Below, piece by piece: positions 1 through 10,005 of a stretch of DNA of 22,040 nucleotides. The notes below the pieces were generated by a model, which was not told the DNA's origin, did not search any database, and saw only the letters and a program-made list of their open reading frames with translations. The stretch lies in assembly GCA_019358935.1 (NCBI GenBank), contig JAHHIK010000127.1, forward strand, positions 1 to 22,040, read 5' to 3'. Origin of the DNA: Tolypothrix carrinoi HA7290-LM1 (GTDB lineage: Bacteria > Cyanobacteriota > Cyanobacteriia > Cyanobacteriales > Nostocaceae). The position numbers and the translations under genes are program-made. The number at the start of each line of letters is the position of its first letter. Position 1 is the stretch's first letter.

Positions 1-92
1 AAGACAAATTGAAAGCCGTTCCTAACTGGCAAAAACGGCTTAGAGAATACGTTGAACGGTTGATAGCTGGACAAACGGGAAATGATGGGTAG
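1..92 (+). CDS. 3' end of a small hypothetical protein (...DKLKAVPNWQKRLREYVERLIAGQTGNDG*), partial at window edge
   Basis: Manual translation from base 3 is open to TAG at 90-92. It resembles, from memory, the small cyanobacterial KLKxVPDWQERLR proteins often found beside IS200/IS605 tnpB. Confidence 0.6.
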   Translation, partial: DKLKAVPNWQKRLREYVERLIAGQTGNDG

Positions 93-105
93 GCTTGTCC
101 AGATA

Positions 106-900
106 TTAGCGAACAGCAACTAACCCCACCATAGCACTTGGTTCTGGTACAGGCTTAGACTGTTCTTTAAGCAAAGTCTTGAGTATGGGAGAGAGGATAT
201 CGCTTGTGGGCTGCTGGTTTTGCAAATCCACATAGGTAATACCCAAGTCGGGAAAGTACCACCATTGAGAGCCATATCCAGTCACATCGCCATTGTGTCC
301 CCACGCCCTACCGATGCCTTCAAACTCGCTACTAACCAAGCCTAACCGGTACTTCAAGCTATCCCCAACTCCTATATCCTGAAAATCAAGCATTTGCTTG
401 AGACTGTCATCTGACAGCAACTCACCCCCGAATAAAGCGCCCGCAAATCGTGTTAAATCTTGCGTGTTGGAAACTATACCGCCAGTAGTCGAGGCAAACG
501 AAAGATTCACACCAGTAACATTATCTAGGGTGCCATTGTTGTCATAATCCAGGTAGCCGTTAACATACCCACCGGGAATTTGCTCTTGTGGAGCAAAAAA
601 GGTATTATTCATTCCCAAAGGATTAAGAATTCGACTGCGAAGGACATCGGCATATGTTGAGCCTGTGGCTTTTTCGATAATCATCCCGGCTAAAATCATA
701 CCCGTGTTGGGATAACAATATTTCGGCGTACAAGTAATTCCTTGTAGTTCTTCTGCAAAGCGCGGTTTACCGTAAGCATAGGCAACAAGTTCTTCTGGAG
801 TCCACTGTTTGGTAGGATTTTTGGCAATTTCCTGCTCAAGCGGAGAGTCGTCCCCATATGCAATATCGTAGATGCCGCAATATCCATTCTGGTAGTTGCA
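106..900 (-). pseudogene. C-terminal half of a beta-lactamase-family serine hydrolase with a truncated PEP-CTERM tag
   Basis: The frame stays open upstream of the ORF-track Met (GIYD...WTPEELV...YCYPNTGMILAG) to a stop at 901-903. YxN and HNG motifs are present but the SxxK nucleophile region is absent. It ends VPEPSAMVGLVAVR* without a full TM helix or basic tail. Confidence 0.8.
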
Positions 901-2062
901 TCATCGAGTTAATTGACGACATGACTCGGTAATCGCATCCAGAAACACCATATTGTCGTTTTCCGACTGTAAAATAAGCTTGTTTTAACAAAGGTGTTTC
1001 CGCAGCTGTACAAAAATATTCCCAAAAATCTGGATGTGCGATCGCTTCTCGTGTGATATCGTGAGGAAAAATCCCGGCGATCGCTGATTCAATAAAAGAT
1101 AGTCCGCGCAGCCAATTAAACAATTCATAACCATCTTCTAAACCCAAAACTTCCGCTAGCAGTGTTTCCGTAGTTAGACGCACTAACGCACAAACTTCTA
1201 ACGCTGCACGATGCAAAGCGCTTGGTACTTCTTGCACAAATTGTGATAATAATGTTTTAACTACATCGGTGGCGGCTAGAGATTGCAAATCAAATTTATA
1301 GTCTTGGGTATCATGTTGGGCAAATACATCTGCAACTAAAGACAGTGCCAAAGGATGTCCGTGAGTAAAGTTTAAAATGCTGTCATGATGCAAAGAAGCA
1401 ATTTGGCGTAAGGTGAGATAATTGCCAGTTTCTAATTCAGTAAAATTACGTAACTTTCTAGTGCGACTTAAAGCTTGCCAACCAGGGTCAATTCGCCAAG
1501 CTTTATTCTGCGCTATCCTGCCAGCAAGCACGATGAGAGCATTTTCTGGCAACTGGGGCAAGAACATTTGCAGTAGCCAATCTTCTAAGGGTTGTAGCGT
1601 TTCGTATGTATCAATGAGAATTACATAATGACTGTTGCACTGAGCGATTGTATCGAGTAAATTGTCTCTTGGTGAGTCCAGCGCCGTGCGCGGGTTCCCC
1701 GCGTTGAGGAGCCAGTGCGTTGCGGGGGTTCCCCCCGTTGTAGCACCTGGCGTGCGACTGGCGAACCCGAAGGGTGAGAGGTTGGCGTTAATCTTGATAG
1801 CATTTAAGAATGAGTCGGGTGTGCATTCAATGTTACGCGCATCAATATAAATAACGGGCGTGTTCTCTTGAGTGCAAATGTGAGAAAATTCTTGTAATAA
1901 CGTAGTTTTGCCGACACCACCAGCGCCATAGATATATAAAATCTGAATTTGTAGGAATTTTTCTGATAATATCGATTTAAATAGCGAAATTTCATCGCTA
2001 CGTCCGACAAAACGCTGACGCCGCAACGAACTTAAACGATGCCATACACGTTTGTTTGACAT
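836..2062 (-). pseudogene. AAA_16/STAND-like P-loop ATPase, internally deleted and C-terminally fused to the hydrolase relic
   Basis: FVGR motif, Walker A GAGGVGKT, Walker B VILIDTYE and GHPLAL are present. The sequence jumps abruptly at a HIP1 site (1038-1045), and the last codons overlap hydrolase-derived DNA. Confidence 0.7.
1671..1778. repeat. Nested short dispersed repeats (57-bp outer plus 45-bp inner) inserted in frame, flanked by GGTGAG direct repeats
   Basis: GGTGAG at 1671-1676 and 1773-1778 (102 bp apart). GC-rich hairpins CGCGGG-ttc-CCCGCG and CGGGGG-ttc-CCCCCG. Inner unit spans 1709-1753. Confidence 0.85.
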
Positions 2063-2192
2063 GAGTTATACAAGAAAAGAAAATTACCCATATGTCAGTT
2101 TCTCTTAATTTAGAGTAATATTGCAAACTGCTTCACGTTTTGCTTCTGGTATTAATGAAAATAAGCTAGATTGTTCCATGAATTAATATCTT

Positions 2193-3104
2193 TTATTGAT
2201 AATCGCGCAAGTCATCGAGCATCGCCTGAGCAAATTCGAGCCAATTTGGAAATTCTGGTAGCAGCGCATATACCCAGACAATCCCATGAAGTTGTCGCAG
2301 TCTCCGGTATGGTTCTAGGATTGCAGATTCGGGGGCATTTGGATAAGCTGCTCTTCCCTCTTCGTCAAGGTTAATCAAGTCCCAAGCAATAGAACCATTA
2401 CAAGTATCCTCAAAATCGTTCCACAGCAATCCTTTTGCTGTCGGAATTAAATTATGAGTATGTCCGTCACCATGTAGTGGTTGCAAGGAATTGACTGAAT
2501 TATTTTTTACTTGAGACAGCAACTTCTCGTAAGTCGATCGCAATAATACGAGGTCGCTTTTACTTAAGATATTACCAATGCGATCGAGTCGTTCGAGTCC
2601 TCGTGGAATATCGTTGAGTGGTGGTGCTAAAAATGGCAACTCCTCAGGATAATCCCGTAGAACACTATGCAACTCCGCTAGCATTTCTCCAACCACCGCA
2701 GATTTTGGTACTGCATCAGGTAGGGGTTGAACGTAACGCCAAAAGCTGATAAATAGACCATCGTGTTCATGGGGTAATGGCGGTAACATATCGCTGGGTG
2801 GAACCACTGGGACGCCTTGTGAGAAAAGAAATTCAGCAACAGATATTTCCCTTGCTAGCCAAGAATCTATAGGCGATCGCAACACACAAGTAATAGTACT
2901 CACACGGGCAACGATTGGCGCCGGTCGTAGATGAATCCTTACGGAGTAAGCATCGGCTAATACATAAGGGTCGTCAATATTAATGCCATAGCTGGACGCA
3001 ACAGACACCGACGCATCGATCGCACGTTTTGTTAGGATAGAACGATTTGGTTTGTCATCCGGTGATTTGCTCGAAACTTTTTGGTTTGGAGAATCTTGAG
3101 ACAT
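2193..3104 (-). CDS. Aminoglycoside phosphotransferase (APH)/kinase-like family protein
   Basis: HGDGHTHN Brenner motif, WNDFED metal-binding motif and WDL; 303 aa intact. Confidence 0.85.
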   Translation of the reverse strand: MSQDSPNQKVSSKSPDDKPNRSILTKRAIDASVSVASSYGINIDDPYVLADAYSVRIHLRPAPIVARVSTITCVLRSPIDSWLAREISVAEFLFSQGVPVVPPSDMLPPLPHEHDGLFISFWRYVQPLPDAVPKSAVVGEMLAELHSVLRDYPEELPFLAPPLNDIPRGLERLDRIGNILSKSDLVLLRSTYEKLLSQVKNNSVNSLQPLHGDGHTHNLIPTAKGLLWNDFEDTCNGSIAWDLINLDEEGRAAYPNAPESAILEPYRRLRQLHGIVWVYALLPEFPNWLEFAQAMLDDLRDYQ

Positions 3105-3234
3105 AGGGAAGAGAAAAAATGTGCTGGCTCCATACTACAATATAATACAACATGTTTAACTGCAAGTTTCTTACCTTGCCACCAATTGATATCATGTTCA
3201 GTTAAAAACTTATTATTTTAATTTTTTATTGCTC

Positions 3235-3672
3235 ATGCTCACGTTTACCCAACGTCAACCGCCAAATATTGCTACAGAAGTTACTTTAACTCTTGCACTC
3301 ACAGCAGAAGAACGCACTCGCAGTCGTCATCGCTTTGAAACGAAAGATGGAGAAGTTGTATTTTTGCGTTTACCGAGAGGAACGGTGTTACATGATGGCG
3401 ATATTCTTCAAGATGAAACAAATAGCAATTTCATTAGAATTGCTGCCAAACCAGAACCTGTTTTAACTGCACTTGCGGAAACACCGTTATTATTATTACG
3501 GGCGGCATATCATTTGGGAAATCGTCATGTACCATGTGAAATTACTGCAAGTTATTTACGCTTTTTGCCCGATTCTGTTTTACGCTCAATGTTGGAACAA
3601 TTGGGGCTAAAAATTCAAGAAGAAATTTTACCTTTTCAGCCAGAAATGGGCGCTTATGGACACACTCACTGA
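3235..3672 (+). CDS. ureE: Urease accessory protein UreE
   Basis: [19 protein letters not shown] and PFQPEMGAY motifs. ATG at 3235 (alternative TTG at 3229). Confidence 0.95.
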   Translation: MLTFTQRQPPNIATEVTLTLALTAEERTRSRHRFETKDGEVVFLRLPRGTVLHDGDILQDETNSNFIRIAAKPEPVLTALAETPLLLLRAAYHLGNRHVPCEITASYLRFLPDSVLRSMLEQLGLKIQEEILPFQPEMGAYGHTH

Positions 3673-4336
3673 GAGCAATCTTTTATGTCTTTTACAGTTA
3701 GCGAGTCCGGCTTTACCTGTGGGAGCATATAGTTATTCTGAAGGATTGGAAACGCTGGTAGAAAATAACGTTATTAATAATCAAGAAAGTTTACAGCATT
3801 GGTTGAAAGCCGAATTGCGTTATGGGGCGATTCGGTTAGAAGCGGCGGTGATGGTAAGAGCTTATAATTGTGTGATTAGGAATGATTTAGAAGCGCTATC
3901 TCGTTGGAATATGTGGTTAACTGCGGCAAGGGAAACTGAAGAATTACGCAACTCTAGTTTACAAATGGGGCGATCGCTTATCCAATTATTTGCTAAACTA
4001 CAACCACAAATCATGCCTATTGTCAATGCTGTGGGTAATTGCAATTATGCGATCGCTTTCGGCATTGCGGCTGCTTACTGGGATATCAATATTCAAGCCG
4101 CAATCTTAGGATATCTGCATAGCTGGGTAAGTAATTTAATCACTGCTGGCGTGAAACTTATACCTTTAGGACAAACAGCAGGACAGTTGTTATTGCTGAA
4201 TTTACAACCACTAATTAACGATGCAACAGCGTCCATTCTCGCCTTAGAAGATGATAACCTTAGTTGTTGTAGTTGGGGTCTATCTTTAGCAAGCATGGCG
4301 CATGAAACCCAGTATACAAGATTATTTCGCAGTTAG
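3656..4336 (+). CDS. ureF: Urease accessory protein UreF
   Basis: [27 protein letters not shown] and C-terminal [11 protein letters not shown]. Confidence 0.97.
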   Translation: MDTLTESNLLCLLQLASPALPVGAYSYSEGLETLVENNVINNQESLQHWLKAELRYGAIRLEAAVMVRAYNCVIRNDLEALSRWNMWLTAARETEELRNSSLQMGRSLIQLFAKLQPQIMPIVNAVGNCNYAIAFGIAAAYWDINIQAAILGYLHSWVSNLITAGVKLIPLGQTAGQLLLLNLQPLINDATASILALEDDNLSCCSWGLSLASMAHETQYTRLFRS

Positions 4337-4337
4337 G

Positions 4338-4555
4338 ATTGGGGAATGGAAAATGGGGAATGGAAAATGGGGAATAGGGAATGGGGAATGGAAAATGGGG
4401 AATGGGGAATCGGGCAGGGGGGCAGGGGGGCAGTTCTTGGCAGGAGGAGAAATATTTCTTCTTTCTTACCGATGCCCAATGCCCTATGCCCTATGCCCTA
4501 TGCCCTATGCCCAATGCCCAATGCCCAATGCCCAATTACCAATTACCAATTACCA
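4338..4555. repeat. STRR heptamer arrays (GGGAATG/GGAAAAT, then TGCCCTA, TGCCCAA, TTACCAA)
   Basis: Tandem 7-mers fill the ureF-ureG gap, with a G-rich block facing a C-rich block; typical of heterocystous cyanobacteria. Confidence 0.93.
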
Positions 4556-5152
4556 ATGAACCCATTTCGAGTAGGTGTAGCAGGTCCGGTAGGATCGGGA
4601 AAGACGGCTTTGGTGGATGCTTTGTGTAAGGCGATGCGTGAAAAATATAATATTGCCGTCGTGACAAATGATATCTATACTCAGGAGGATGCACAATTTT
4701 TGGTGCGTTCTCAAGCTTTGAGTGGCGATCGCATTTTGGGTGTAGAAACTGGTGGTTGTCCCCACACAGCTATTCGCGAAGATGCTTCGATGAATTTAGC
4801 AGCAATTGAACAGTTAGAAGTGCGTTTTCCTGATTTAGATTTAGTCTTTTTAGAAAGTGGTGGCGATAATTTGGCAGCTACCTTTAGTCCGGAATTAGTT
4901 GATTTAACTATTTACGTTATTGATGTTGCTGCTGGCGATAAAATTCCTCGCAAAGGTGGTCCCGGCATTACTAAATCTGATTTATTAGTGATAAATAAAA
5001 TCGATTTGGCTTTCTATGTAGGTGCAGATTTAAATGTCATGGAACGCGATGCTAAAAAAATGCGCGGTGAGAAACCTTTTATTTTCACTAATTTGAAAAC
5101 GCAATCGGGATTAGCAGATATAATTAAGTTTGTATCTACTAATATTTGTTAA
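4556..5152 (+). CDS. ureG: Urease accessory GTPase UreG (198 aa)
   Basis: GPVGSGKT P-loop, ETGGCPH, ESGGDNL and NKID. True start ATG 4556; the upstream 70 codons are STRR repeats. Confidence 0.97.
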   Translation: MNPFRVGVAGPVGSGKTALVDALCKAMREKYNIAVVTNDIYTQEDAQFLVRSQALSGDRILGVETGGCPHTAIREDASMNLAAIEQLEVRFPDLDLVFLESGGDNLAATFSPELVDLTIYVIDVAAGDKIPRKGGPGITKSDLLVINKIDLAFYVGADLNVMERDAKKMRGEKPFIFTNLKTQSGLADIIKFVSTNIC

Positions 5153-5177
5153 TAAGTCAATGCGCTACATGCAATAT

Positions 5178-5227
5178 AAGGGCAAAAAGGGTAAGGCTAA
5201 GTAAGTTTTACCCTTTACCCTTTAACC
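5178..5227. terminator. Probable hairpin/terminator between convergent ureG and PEP-CTERM gene
   Basis: AAAGGGTAA...TTACCCTTT inverted arms built from heptamer-like units. Confidence 0.5.
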
Positions 5228-5237
5228 TGACAAATTG

Positions 5238-5852
5238 TTAATTATATTGCCGCTTCCGCTTCAAGAGTGAAATTGTGCCTACAGACAACGTTAAAATGCC
5301 TAACATAGAAGCGGGTTCAGGGACAGGCGTAATTTTTGTGAAGGCATTTATCGAAGATAAGGTAGCCCCTGTGGGAGTATTGATAAGCGCGAGTGCGGAA
5401 GACGGGAGCGCAGTGGATAGATCGGATAAAGCATCCGAGCGCAGCGAATTCGCACTGTAAGCGAACGTAGCCAAAAATTGAGGATTGCTAGGATTGAAAT
5501 TTTGAAAATTATCAAAGCCGATTACGTCTGCACGCAAGCCACTATTATCCGGTCTGAAGAAATCACGTCCCACTACAATTGAGTTGGAAGAACCTGTAAA
5601 GACATCTTTTCCTACATTGATAGTATATTTTGAACTCGCGTTTCCATAAAAAGTGCCGCCATCGGGTGTCACACCCGGTTTGATTGAGTCATCAAAGACA
5701 AAGTTACCGTTAACGTTTTCACCGGTTTCTTGAGCGTTGAACTTAAATTCAAAGTTGAAAACAGAGGCTTGAGCAGGAGCAGTACTTAAAGTTCCCAGCA
5801 ATGTAAACGTTGCTCCGACAATAGCCATTAATAACTTTTTTTGGGCATTCAT
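5238..5852 (-). CDS. PEP-CTERM sorting domain exported protein
   Basis: Signal peptide MNAQKKLL...APAQA and C-terminal VPEPASMLGILTLSVGTISLLKRKR; start set at ATG 5852. Confidence 0.92.
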   Translation of the reverse strand: MNAQKKLLMAIVGATFTLLGTLSTAPAQASVFNFEFKFNAQETGENVNGNFVFDDSIKPGVTPDGGTFYGNASSKYTINVGKDVFTGSSNSIVVGRDFFRPDNSGLRADVIGFDNFQNFNPSNPQFLATFAYSANSLRSDALSDLSTALPSSALALINTPTGATLSSINAFTKITPVPEPASMLGILTLSVGTISLLKRKRQYN

Positions 5853-6121
5853 AGAAATTAATACTTCAAAAGGTAGATGTTGGCAATGAATAAACTTCAA
5901 ACTGCTTGGTGTGGCAATTGCATATCTTCGTGTTTCGATTCAATTAGTCTCGCCAGCCAGTGAAAACTGATATTGATAACTGTCAGTATCCTATTTAACA
6001 ATATGTTTTAAAATCCCATCAAAATTGAATTATATTTAGATAAAATTGATATATTTTTCGTTATTTATGATATTACTGAATAATATTTAATTTATTCAAA
6101 TTTAAGTAAGCACATTTTTTC

Positions 6122-6143
6122 TGGCGGGCATTGCCCACCCTAC
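6122..6143. repeat. Short dispersed palindromic repeat GGYRGGCATTGCCCACC
   Basis: TGGCGGGCATTGCCCACCCTAC; a related copy lies at 9268-9288. Confidence 0.75.
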
Positions 6144-6179
6144 TCTTAAAATGCACGCATCCAAAATCCTGTTAGGCTA

Positions 6180-6545
6180 TTAGTCTGTCCCAGCCTAACT
6201 CCAAGTGGGATTTTCAGCATTGACAGCTTTTTTTGTAATTACAAACAAGAAATTGTTAGCATCTTTCAAGCCAGTCATATCTAAAATCAAAAATACCTTA
6301 CCTTAAGTAAATCACACGGGCAGGTAAGAAGTGGAATTATCCGATTTGCCATCTTGTTTGACGATACCATCGGTTGCTACGCATTTACGAAATGCAGATT
6401 TTCGGGTTGCTACCCAGGTAACGCTGAAAGGATTGGTAGAAACTCGCGCATTTCTTAGGCATTTGTGGAAGATAGGGTAGCTCAAATTGCAGGCTATGCT
6501 CCTTCTTCATGAGAAACTTTAGCGGGAAAGAGCGATTCCACGGTC
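6180..6545 (-). pseudogene. Degenerate paralogue of the exported protein at 9405-9971
   Basis: Ends NPTWS*AGTD* versus NPTWSWGGTD* in the intact copy; shares LILDMTGLKDANNF; contains stops and indels. The 5' limit is approximate. Confidence 0.85.
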
Positions 6546-6730
6546 ATGTAAATCCGTATTTTGCGGAATCGCTCCTTTTATTAACAACGATTAATGGATA
6601 AGTGCAAGTGCTTCTGTGCATCAAAAACACACTTCAGACGCAATGCACCCAGTCTACCTTCATACAATACTTGCCCGATCCATGATATGTTGCTTTTTTC
6701 ATCAATGCGGCAGCGTTCTTAACGAGGAAT

Positions 6731-8227
6731 TCAATACTCGTAGGCACCTATATCAAAGCCAGCACCTTGGTTTCGTGGCTTGCCATCCTTATCGATCTGT
6801 GCATACTGACCAATTTCTAGAGAGCCAATATCAATTGCTTTAGAACCAGATGTGAGATGGAAATTATTGCCATCTAAACTGACAAACCCAACCGACCCAA
6901 TCTTAGTGTTGTCACTAGCTTTCAGGTTTCCAAGTCCACTCCCACCATCGTAGAGTTTCTCAAACTTATCCGAGAATAAGTTGTGATCGATGGTCAGGTT
7001 GTCCACATCTTCGATAGACCCATTCCGGTATTTGCTATCGGTAAAGATATTGTTGCGAACCAGAATGTCACGAGTTTTATAACCGCCAAGGTTATCCGTA
7101 CCATCAATGACAATGGCTTGGACATTCTTGGCAACGGTATTGTTGACAATCTCAACGTCACTAACATTACTGCCAACGGCAATTCCTTGACCACCATTCA
7201 CTCCCTGTATTCCATTGCCATAGACAACGTTGTTGTAGACTCGGATATCAGATACATCCCCTTCACTCCGAACTTCATCTGCAATCACAATTCCATCAGC
7301 AGTGTTATTGAAGACAACATTGTCATAGACATCAATGTTAAACATATCAGCACGGTTGCCATCAAGGTAGATGGCAGGACCACCGTTGTAGCCCCCAGGT
7401 TTCCCAGAGACCAGTGCTTGACCAGTTACAGTGTTGCCGTGAATCGAGCCATTGCGGGAACCAGTTTTGGCATCGATGCCTTCGCGTTTACCCTCTTTGA
7501 GCGTATTATTGGCTACCTCAAAACCATCGACACCCCAGATGCTCAGTGCCTCCTGCGTTCCATTTTCGTCACCGTTGCCCTGCCATCTCCAGTTGGCTCG
7601 TTCAACGGTATTGTTGAGCACCTTGATATTTTTACTGGTAATCTCGGCTTCCCCACCACCATAGTAGGTTTCAGGCATCACGATGATACCTGAGGCACCC
7701 GTCTGGTAGGTATGGTTGTTTTGGACAATCATGTTGTTGGCATCACGCAGAGAAATTCCAGCCCAGGAAGTGTTCTCAATGCGGAAGCCTTCGATGTCCC
7801 AATAGCCCTTGCCAGCTGACTGGATAACTCCTTCCCGGAAGCCACCGTTGATAGGGTCAGGGTCGCGCAATGTAACGTTACCATTGGCTTTGAGTGTGAT
7901 ATGACCCGACTCACTATTACCAGATTTACCAAGGGTGATTAGCTCAGTGTAAGTACCAGGCTGAACCAGGATAGTATCACCTGCCTTGACGATATCTTCA
8001 TTAACCGCATGGTTAATAGTTTTCCAGGGCTGATCGCTTGTACCTGGATTGTCATCACTACCGTTTGTTGAAACATAGTAGGCAGACCCATTATTGGCTG
8101 GAGAAGCTATGGATGCACTGCTTGCTCCATTCATAGTTTGAATGGGGTCTACTAGAGGGTGAAAAGAATTGCTGATAGCATCCACCAAGACATTTGCTTG
8201 AAGCTCACGAGATTCTCTAAAGTTCAA
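6731..8227 (-). CDS. Right-handed parallel beta-helix (pectin-lyase-like, DUF1565-type N-terminus) protein
   Basis: YYVSTNGSDDNPGT..PWKTI, PGTY, repeated Asn-ladder strands and C-terminal DIGAYEY. GGAGG RBS lies 7 nt before TTG 8227. Confidence 0.9.
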   Translation of the reverse strand: MNFRESRELQANVLVDAISNSFHPLVDPIQTMNGASSASIASPANNGSAYYVSTNGSDDNPGTSDQPWKTINHAVNEDIVKAGDTILVQPGTYTELITLGKSGNSESGHITLKANGNVTLRDPDPINGGFREGVIQSAGKGYWDIEGFRIENTSWAGISLRDANNMIVQNNHTYQTGASGIIVMPETYYGGGEAEITSKNIKVLNNTVERANWRWQGNGDENGTQEALSIWGVDGFEVANNTLKEGKREGIDAKTGSRNGSIHGNTVTGQALVSGKPGGYNGGPAIYLDGNRADMFNIDVYDNVVFNNTADGIVIADEVRSEGDVSDIRVYNNVVYGNGIQGVNGGQGIAVGSNVSDVEIVNNTVAKNVQAIVIDGTDNLGGYKTRDILVRNNIFTDSKYRNGSIEDVDNLTIDHNLFSDKFEKLYDGGSGLGNLKASDNTKIGSVGFVSLDGNNFHLTSGSKAIDIGSLEIGQYAQIDKDGKPRNQGAGFDIGAYEY

Positions 8228-8372
8228 TGTTTTGCCTCCATCAAGTTCTTCGTTAACGTCGTAACTGGAAATGACGCAATCAAAGGCAGGACCCTGTTTA
8301 GAGCAATCAAAAAAGCCCTAAAAGCTCTATGAGCTTTGGTTATTATTGGAGCAGAGCATTTTTTCCCTTAAC

Positions 8373-8407
8373 TTTTATGACCACAAAAAATGCTTCTGGT
8401 CATAAAA
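8373..8407. other. Perfect 11-bp inverted repeat in the leader of the beta-helix gene
   Basis: TTTTATGACCA-N13-TGGTCATAAAA. Confidence 0.6.
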
Positions 8408-8765
8408 TTCAAAGGAAGAGAAACTCAAATCACTCTGCGGTAAGAATTAAGTAAATGCTTGATTAGTTCTGGGCTTAACCATTGCTTTTGAATCTATAGA
8501 CATACTTTGGCTGAAGCACCCTAGAAATTAAGAGGAATTTCCTTCCCCTGTAGATTGTATGAGAACTTACGCAAAACGTCACTAGTAAGTCAGGATTTTT
8601 TAGTTGCTCCCATCTGGAAATCCGCTTGTAGACTATGTTTACGCATTGGCAGAAAATTTATGCATTTTGTAAAGCCTAAGTACAAGGTTGTCTCTTTTAC
8701 GAATATTTTTTATTGTATACAGGCATTCTTATAAAGACTGCTGCTGTCGTTGGGTCGTGCATGGG

Positions 8766-9235
8766 GATGCGTGAAAAATATAATATTGCTGTTGTGACGA
8801 ATGATATCTAGAAGGAAGGAGGATGCACAATATTTGGTGCATCCTCAAGCCTTGAGTGGCGATCGCATTTTGGGTGTAGAAACTGGTGGTTGTCCCCACA
8901 CAGCTATTCGCGAAGATGCTTCGATGAATTTAGCCGCAATTGAACAATTAGAAGTACGTTTTCCTGATTTAGATTTAGTCTTTTTAGAAAGTGGTGGCGA
9001 TAATTTGGCAGCTACCTTTAGTCCGGAATTAGTTGCTGCTGGCGATAAAATTCCTCGCAAAGGTAGTCCCGGCATTACTAAATCTGATTTATTAGTGATA
9101 AATAAAGCAGATTTAAATGTAATGGAACGGGATGCTAAAAAAATGCGTGGTGATAAACCGTTTATTTTTACTAACTTAAAAATTAAACAAGGATTAAAAG
9201 AGGTAATTGAGTTTGTTTTTCAAAATATTTGTTAA
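8766..9235 (+). pseudogene. ureG: Second, broken ureG copy
   Basis: Near-identical to 4633-5152 in the middle. It lacks the P-loop, has a frameshift near 8810, and has in-frame deletions of DLTIYVIDV (27 bp) and IDLAFYVG (24 bp). Confidence 0.93.
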
Positions 9236-9323
9236 TTTATAATTATTAATAGCATTAATAGATAAAATGGTAGGCATTGCCCACCATATATTAATCATAT
9301 CATGTCGGGTGTTGGAACACCTA

Positions 9324-9392
9324 TTGTAGAGACGTTCCAGTGGAACGTCTCTACAACGTTTGCGGCGGAACGTCTCTACGACGTTTGCGGCG
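9324..9392. repeat. Palindromic dispersed repeat with 25-bp tandem duplication
   Basis: TTGTAGAGACGTTCCA-G-TGGAACGTCTCTACAA at 9324-9356; 9342-9366 is repeated at 9367-9391 with one mismatch. Confidence 0.88.
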
Positions 9393-9404
9393 TTTTTGTG
9401 AAAA

Positions 9405-9971
9405 TCAGTCAGTTCCACCCCAACTCCAAGTAGGATTTCCAGCAGTGACACCTTTTTTTGTAATTACAGGAAAGAAGTTATTAGCATCTTTTAAACCCGT
9501 CATATCCAAAATTAAAAATACTTTACCACCAGTAAACCGCACGCGCAGATGGAAGTCAGAATTTTTATCTTCACTACCAGATTTTACGATACTACCAGCA
9601 GCGATACATTTACTAAATGCAGGCTTGAGATTTGCTACCCAAGTTACGCTAAAAGGGTCAGTATTAGAGATAGTGAAAGGTTCAGCGAAAGAACTTAATT
9701 TTGCTGAACCGTTAATAGTGTACCCTCCTTCGTAGTAAGGTGCGTTTTGTTCTGTCACAATCACCTTTTGCGGACAGTTTGCTGCTGGTGTATTTGATGA
9801 TTTGTAAACGCTAAGTTCAACTTGGGCTGCGTTAGCTGATAATGCTGGGAAAAGAGCAATACCTGCGACACACGAGTAGGCGATACTCCTTTGGAGTCGC
9901 TTTGCGATGGGCAAAGCCCCGCCTTTGGCGATCGCACTTCTTAAACAAAGGAGAAAATACTTATTTGTCAT
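9405..9971 (-). CDS. Exported hypothetical protein
   Basis: Signal-like segment ending ANAA, two Cys in the mature part, and a paralogous relic at 6180-6545 supporting coding status. Confidence 0.8.
   Translation of the reverse strand: MTNKYFLLCLRSAIAKGGALPIAKRLQRSIAYSCVAGIALFPALSANAAQVELSVYKSSNTPAANCPQKVIVTEQNAPYYEGGYTINGSAKLSSFAEPFTISNTDPFSVTWVANLKPAFSKCIAAGSIVKSGSEDKNSDFHLRVRFTGGKVFLILDMTGLKDANNFFPVITKKGVTAGNPTWSWGGTD
9880..9935. repeat. Two tandem 24-bp hairpin elements inserted at a HIP1 site
   Basis: GCGAT at 9880, 9904 and 9928, the last a full GCGATCGC. Hairpins are ACTCC-TTT-GGAGT and GGGC-AAA-GCCC. Confidence 0.85.
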
Positions 9972-10005
9972 TTTTGTTGTTTTTTAATTCCTTTTCATTC
10001 TTCAA

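Noticed and set aside
696..887. 63-aa ORF
   Set aside because: Alternative frame of the hydrolase relic.
4302..4629. ORFs and a 70-aa UreG N-terminal extension through the STRR array
   Set aside because: Heptamer repeats are open in several frames; UreG similarity starts at ATG 4556.
6983..7693. 236-aa plus-strand ORF
   Set aside because: Antisense shadow of the beta-helix gene with no recognisable motif.
8228..8480. Riboswitch in the beta-helix gene leader
   Set aside because: Hairpins are present but I see no conserved aptamer motif; an Rfam search would settle it.
9194..9735. ORFs 9194-9451 and 9340-9735
   Set aside because: Made of dispersed repeats or antisense to the 9405-9971 gene.
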